A stretch of 63,124 bases of DNA, filler included, from Reclinomonas americana ATCC 50394 (Eukaryota): the NCBI GenBank assembly GCA_048213135.1. It is 22 parts of 22 records of this genome, joined end to end, with 100 filler letters (N's around TTAATTAATTAA, not from the genome) between each part and the next. Parts side by side here need not be neighbours in the genome. Positions count along the whole stretch, not along the records: positions 61,797 to 63,124 come from AFZH01022615.1; 21 more parts are not named here. One strand, written 5' to 3'. Below the pieces are notes generated by a model that searched no databases, had not been told where the DNA came from, and saw only the letters and a list, made by a program, of their open reading frames with translations. The translations under genes and the position numbers were made by a program. Below are positions 61,797 to 63,124 of this stretch, piece after piece (within the stretch, counting starts at the first letter, position 1; each line of letters opens with the position of its first letter).

Positions 61797-63100
61797 TTTG
61801 CTCGTACCTCGCTTTGCTGCCAGAGTGACATCGTCGCCTTTTTGTGGTGCCACCACCGCAGCTGCTGGCGCTTCGACCACATGTACACCAGCGCCATGGC
61901 CAGCTGCGCTACTGGCTGCGCTATCACCGTCGTCAGCGGCACCGGTACGCGTACCCTCCTCCACGTGCACCACCACCTCCTCCTCCTCCTTCTCCTCCTC
62001 CTCCTCCTCCTCCTCATGGGCCTCCTCCTCCTCCTCCATTGCGTCGTCGTCGCCGGCCGCGCCACTGCCGCTGTCGTCATCGCTGTCGCATTCCATGTGC
62101 GATTCAGAGGCCGAGGCCGAGGGTGAAGGTGATCTTGGTGCATCCGATTCACAATCGACTTCCATGACGTCGCGACCGTGACTGCCAGCTGCAGCACTCA
62201 TGGCACCGACTTCTTCTGTCACCAAAGGTGCTGCCGCAACGAGATTTTGGATCACAAGCCAGTCGAATTGTTCCACGATCCGTTCCACAGGCACATCGTC
62301 GACGGCGGCGGCAGCTTCAACCGTCAAGCGTGTGGCAGCCTCGAGCTCCTTCAATTGAGTCTCCAGCGCGTTCGCCACGATGCCGGCGATGTTGGCAATC
62401 GCATCAACGGCCGACACTGTAGCGGATGCTTGTTTTCCCTTCTCCTGGTGATTAAGCTTGGGAGCGTCGTCACGTACGGGCAAGCGGTCTACAACGGATC
62501 GCAAAACATCGACGAGAGAGGGACACAATCGGTGTCGCAGCTTGTGGATTCTCGCCAGCTGGTCACATTCAGCGACGTACAGCCGGCCATCTCCGACAAC
62601 ACTCGCATCTGCGCGCGCAAGGTGAGGAGGTTTTCAGAACGACTGCCAGCCGGCCAGCTAGCATGCGTGTGCACGCACCATCTCGGTCGGTCTCCTCGTC
62701 ACTGATGTCGGCCTCAAGATCCGCCTGCAGGTCATCTAGATCTTGTTCCTCCACCAAAGCCGTCGCATCGGCCGCCATTGTCTCTGCCTTGTCAGACTTC
62801 GGAACCAGCTCGTCGCGATTGTCTTCTGATGCCGATTCGTCGTCGTCGTCGGCGTCGTCGTCGGTGGATGATGCGTAGCCAGTCGTCACTTTTAGCGAGC
62901 CAACAAGGGATTCTATGATATCATGAGCGATCGAGTGCACGGCATGAGTGAGATGCATTCACCAAGAACGACATGGAACTGGCTTGCCGCGCAACTCAGT
63001 CTGTCGAATGACTCATCGAGGGCCCTGCAAGCAGAGGTCAAGCACGACAGCAACCGGTCGGACGAGAATGCCGTTGCGTTCGCACTCTGCTGCAAGTGAC
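61797..63100 (-). CDS. Multi-exon acidic hypothetical protein (both ends incomplete)
   Basis: Exons with poly-D/E tracts joined by short GT..AG introns (~62912-62962, ~62645-62677). Confidence 0.55.
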
Positions 63101-63124
63101 GTTTTTGTGTGTGGATGGCTGATC

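Overview
Eukaryotic, GC-rich, intron-dense protist scaffold. It is probably a flagellated, mitochondriate microbial eukaryote (IFT80, PPP2R3C/FASS, alphaproteobacterial-like organellar PolI). It is broken by 21 artificial 100-nt gap linkers (N-TTAATTAATTAA-N), so order and distance across gaps are unverified. There are four zones. (1) 1-3 kb: a secreted protein with a lectin-like beta-sandwich and 19 Cys-rich STIG1-like repeats. (2) 3.2-23.6 kb: a tandem array of at least 9 paralogous stand-alone WD40 genes on the minus strand. Each has a 12-nt MATK/MTTK first exon, homogenised HET-E-like repeats that are hypervariable at the predicted binding-face positions, and an unrecognised ~55-65 aa C-terminal helical module. 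The genes are separated by a co-amplified ~2 kb spacer. This is the best candidate for an undescribed system: a diversifying intracellular receptor or adaptor repertoire. (3) 23.6-30.2 kb: a gene-poor, purine-skewed and AT-rich satellite region. (4) 30.4-63 kb: a very compact housekeeping block (PABPN1, ankyrin protein, PPP2R3C, archaeal-type SBDS, organellar PolA with degenerate exonuclease sites, WD40 protein, DDX1, YeaK/ProXp-y-like, IFT80), followed by five small hydrophilin-like genes. Gene models read by eye show a frequent atypical donor GTTGCG (plus GTTTCG/GTTGAG) and one AT-AC intron. All gene models are manual inferences without RNA evidence.
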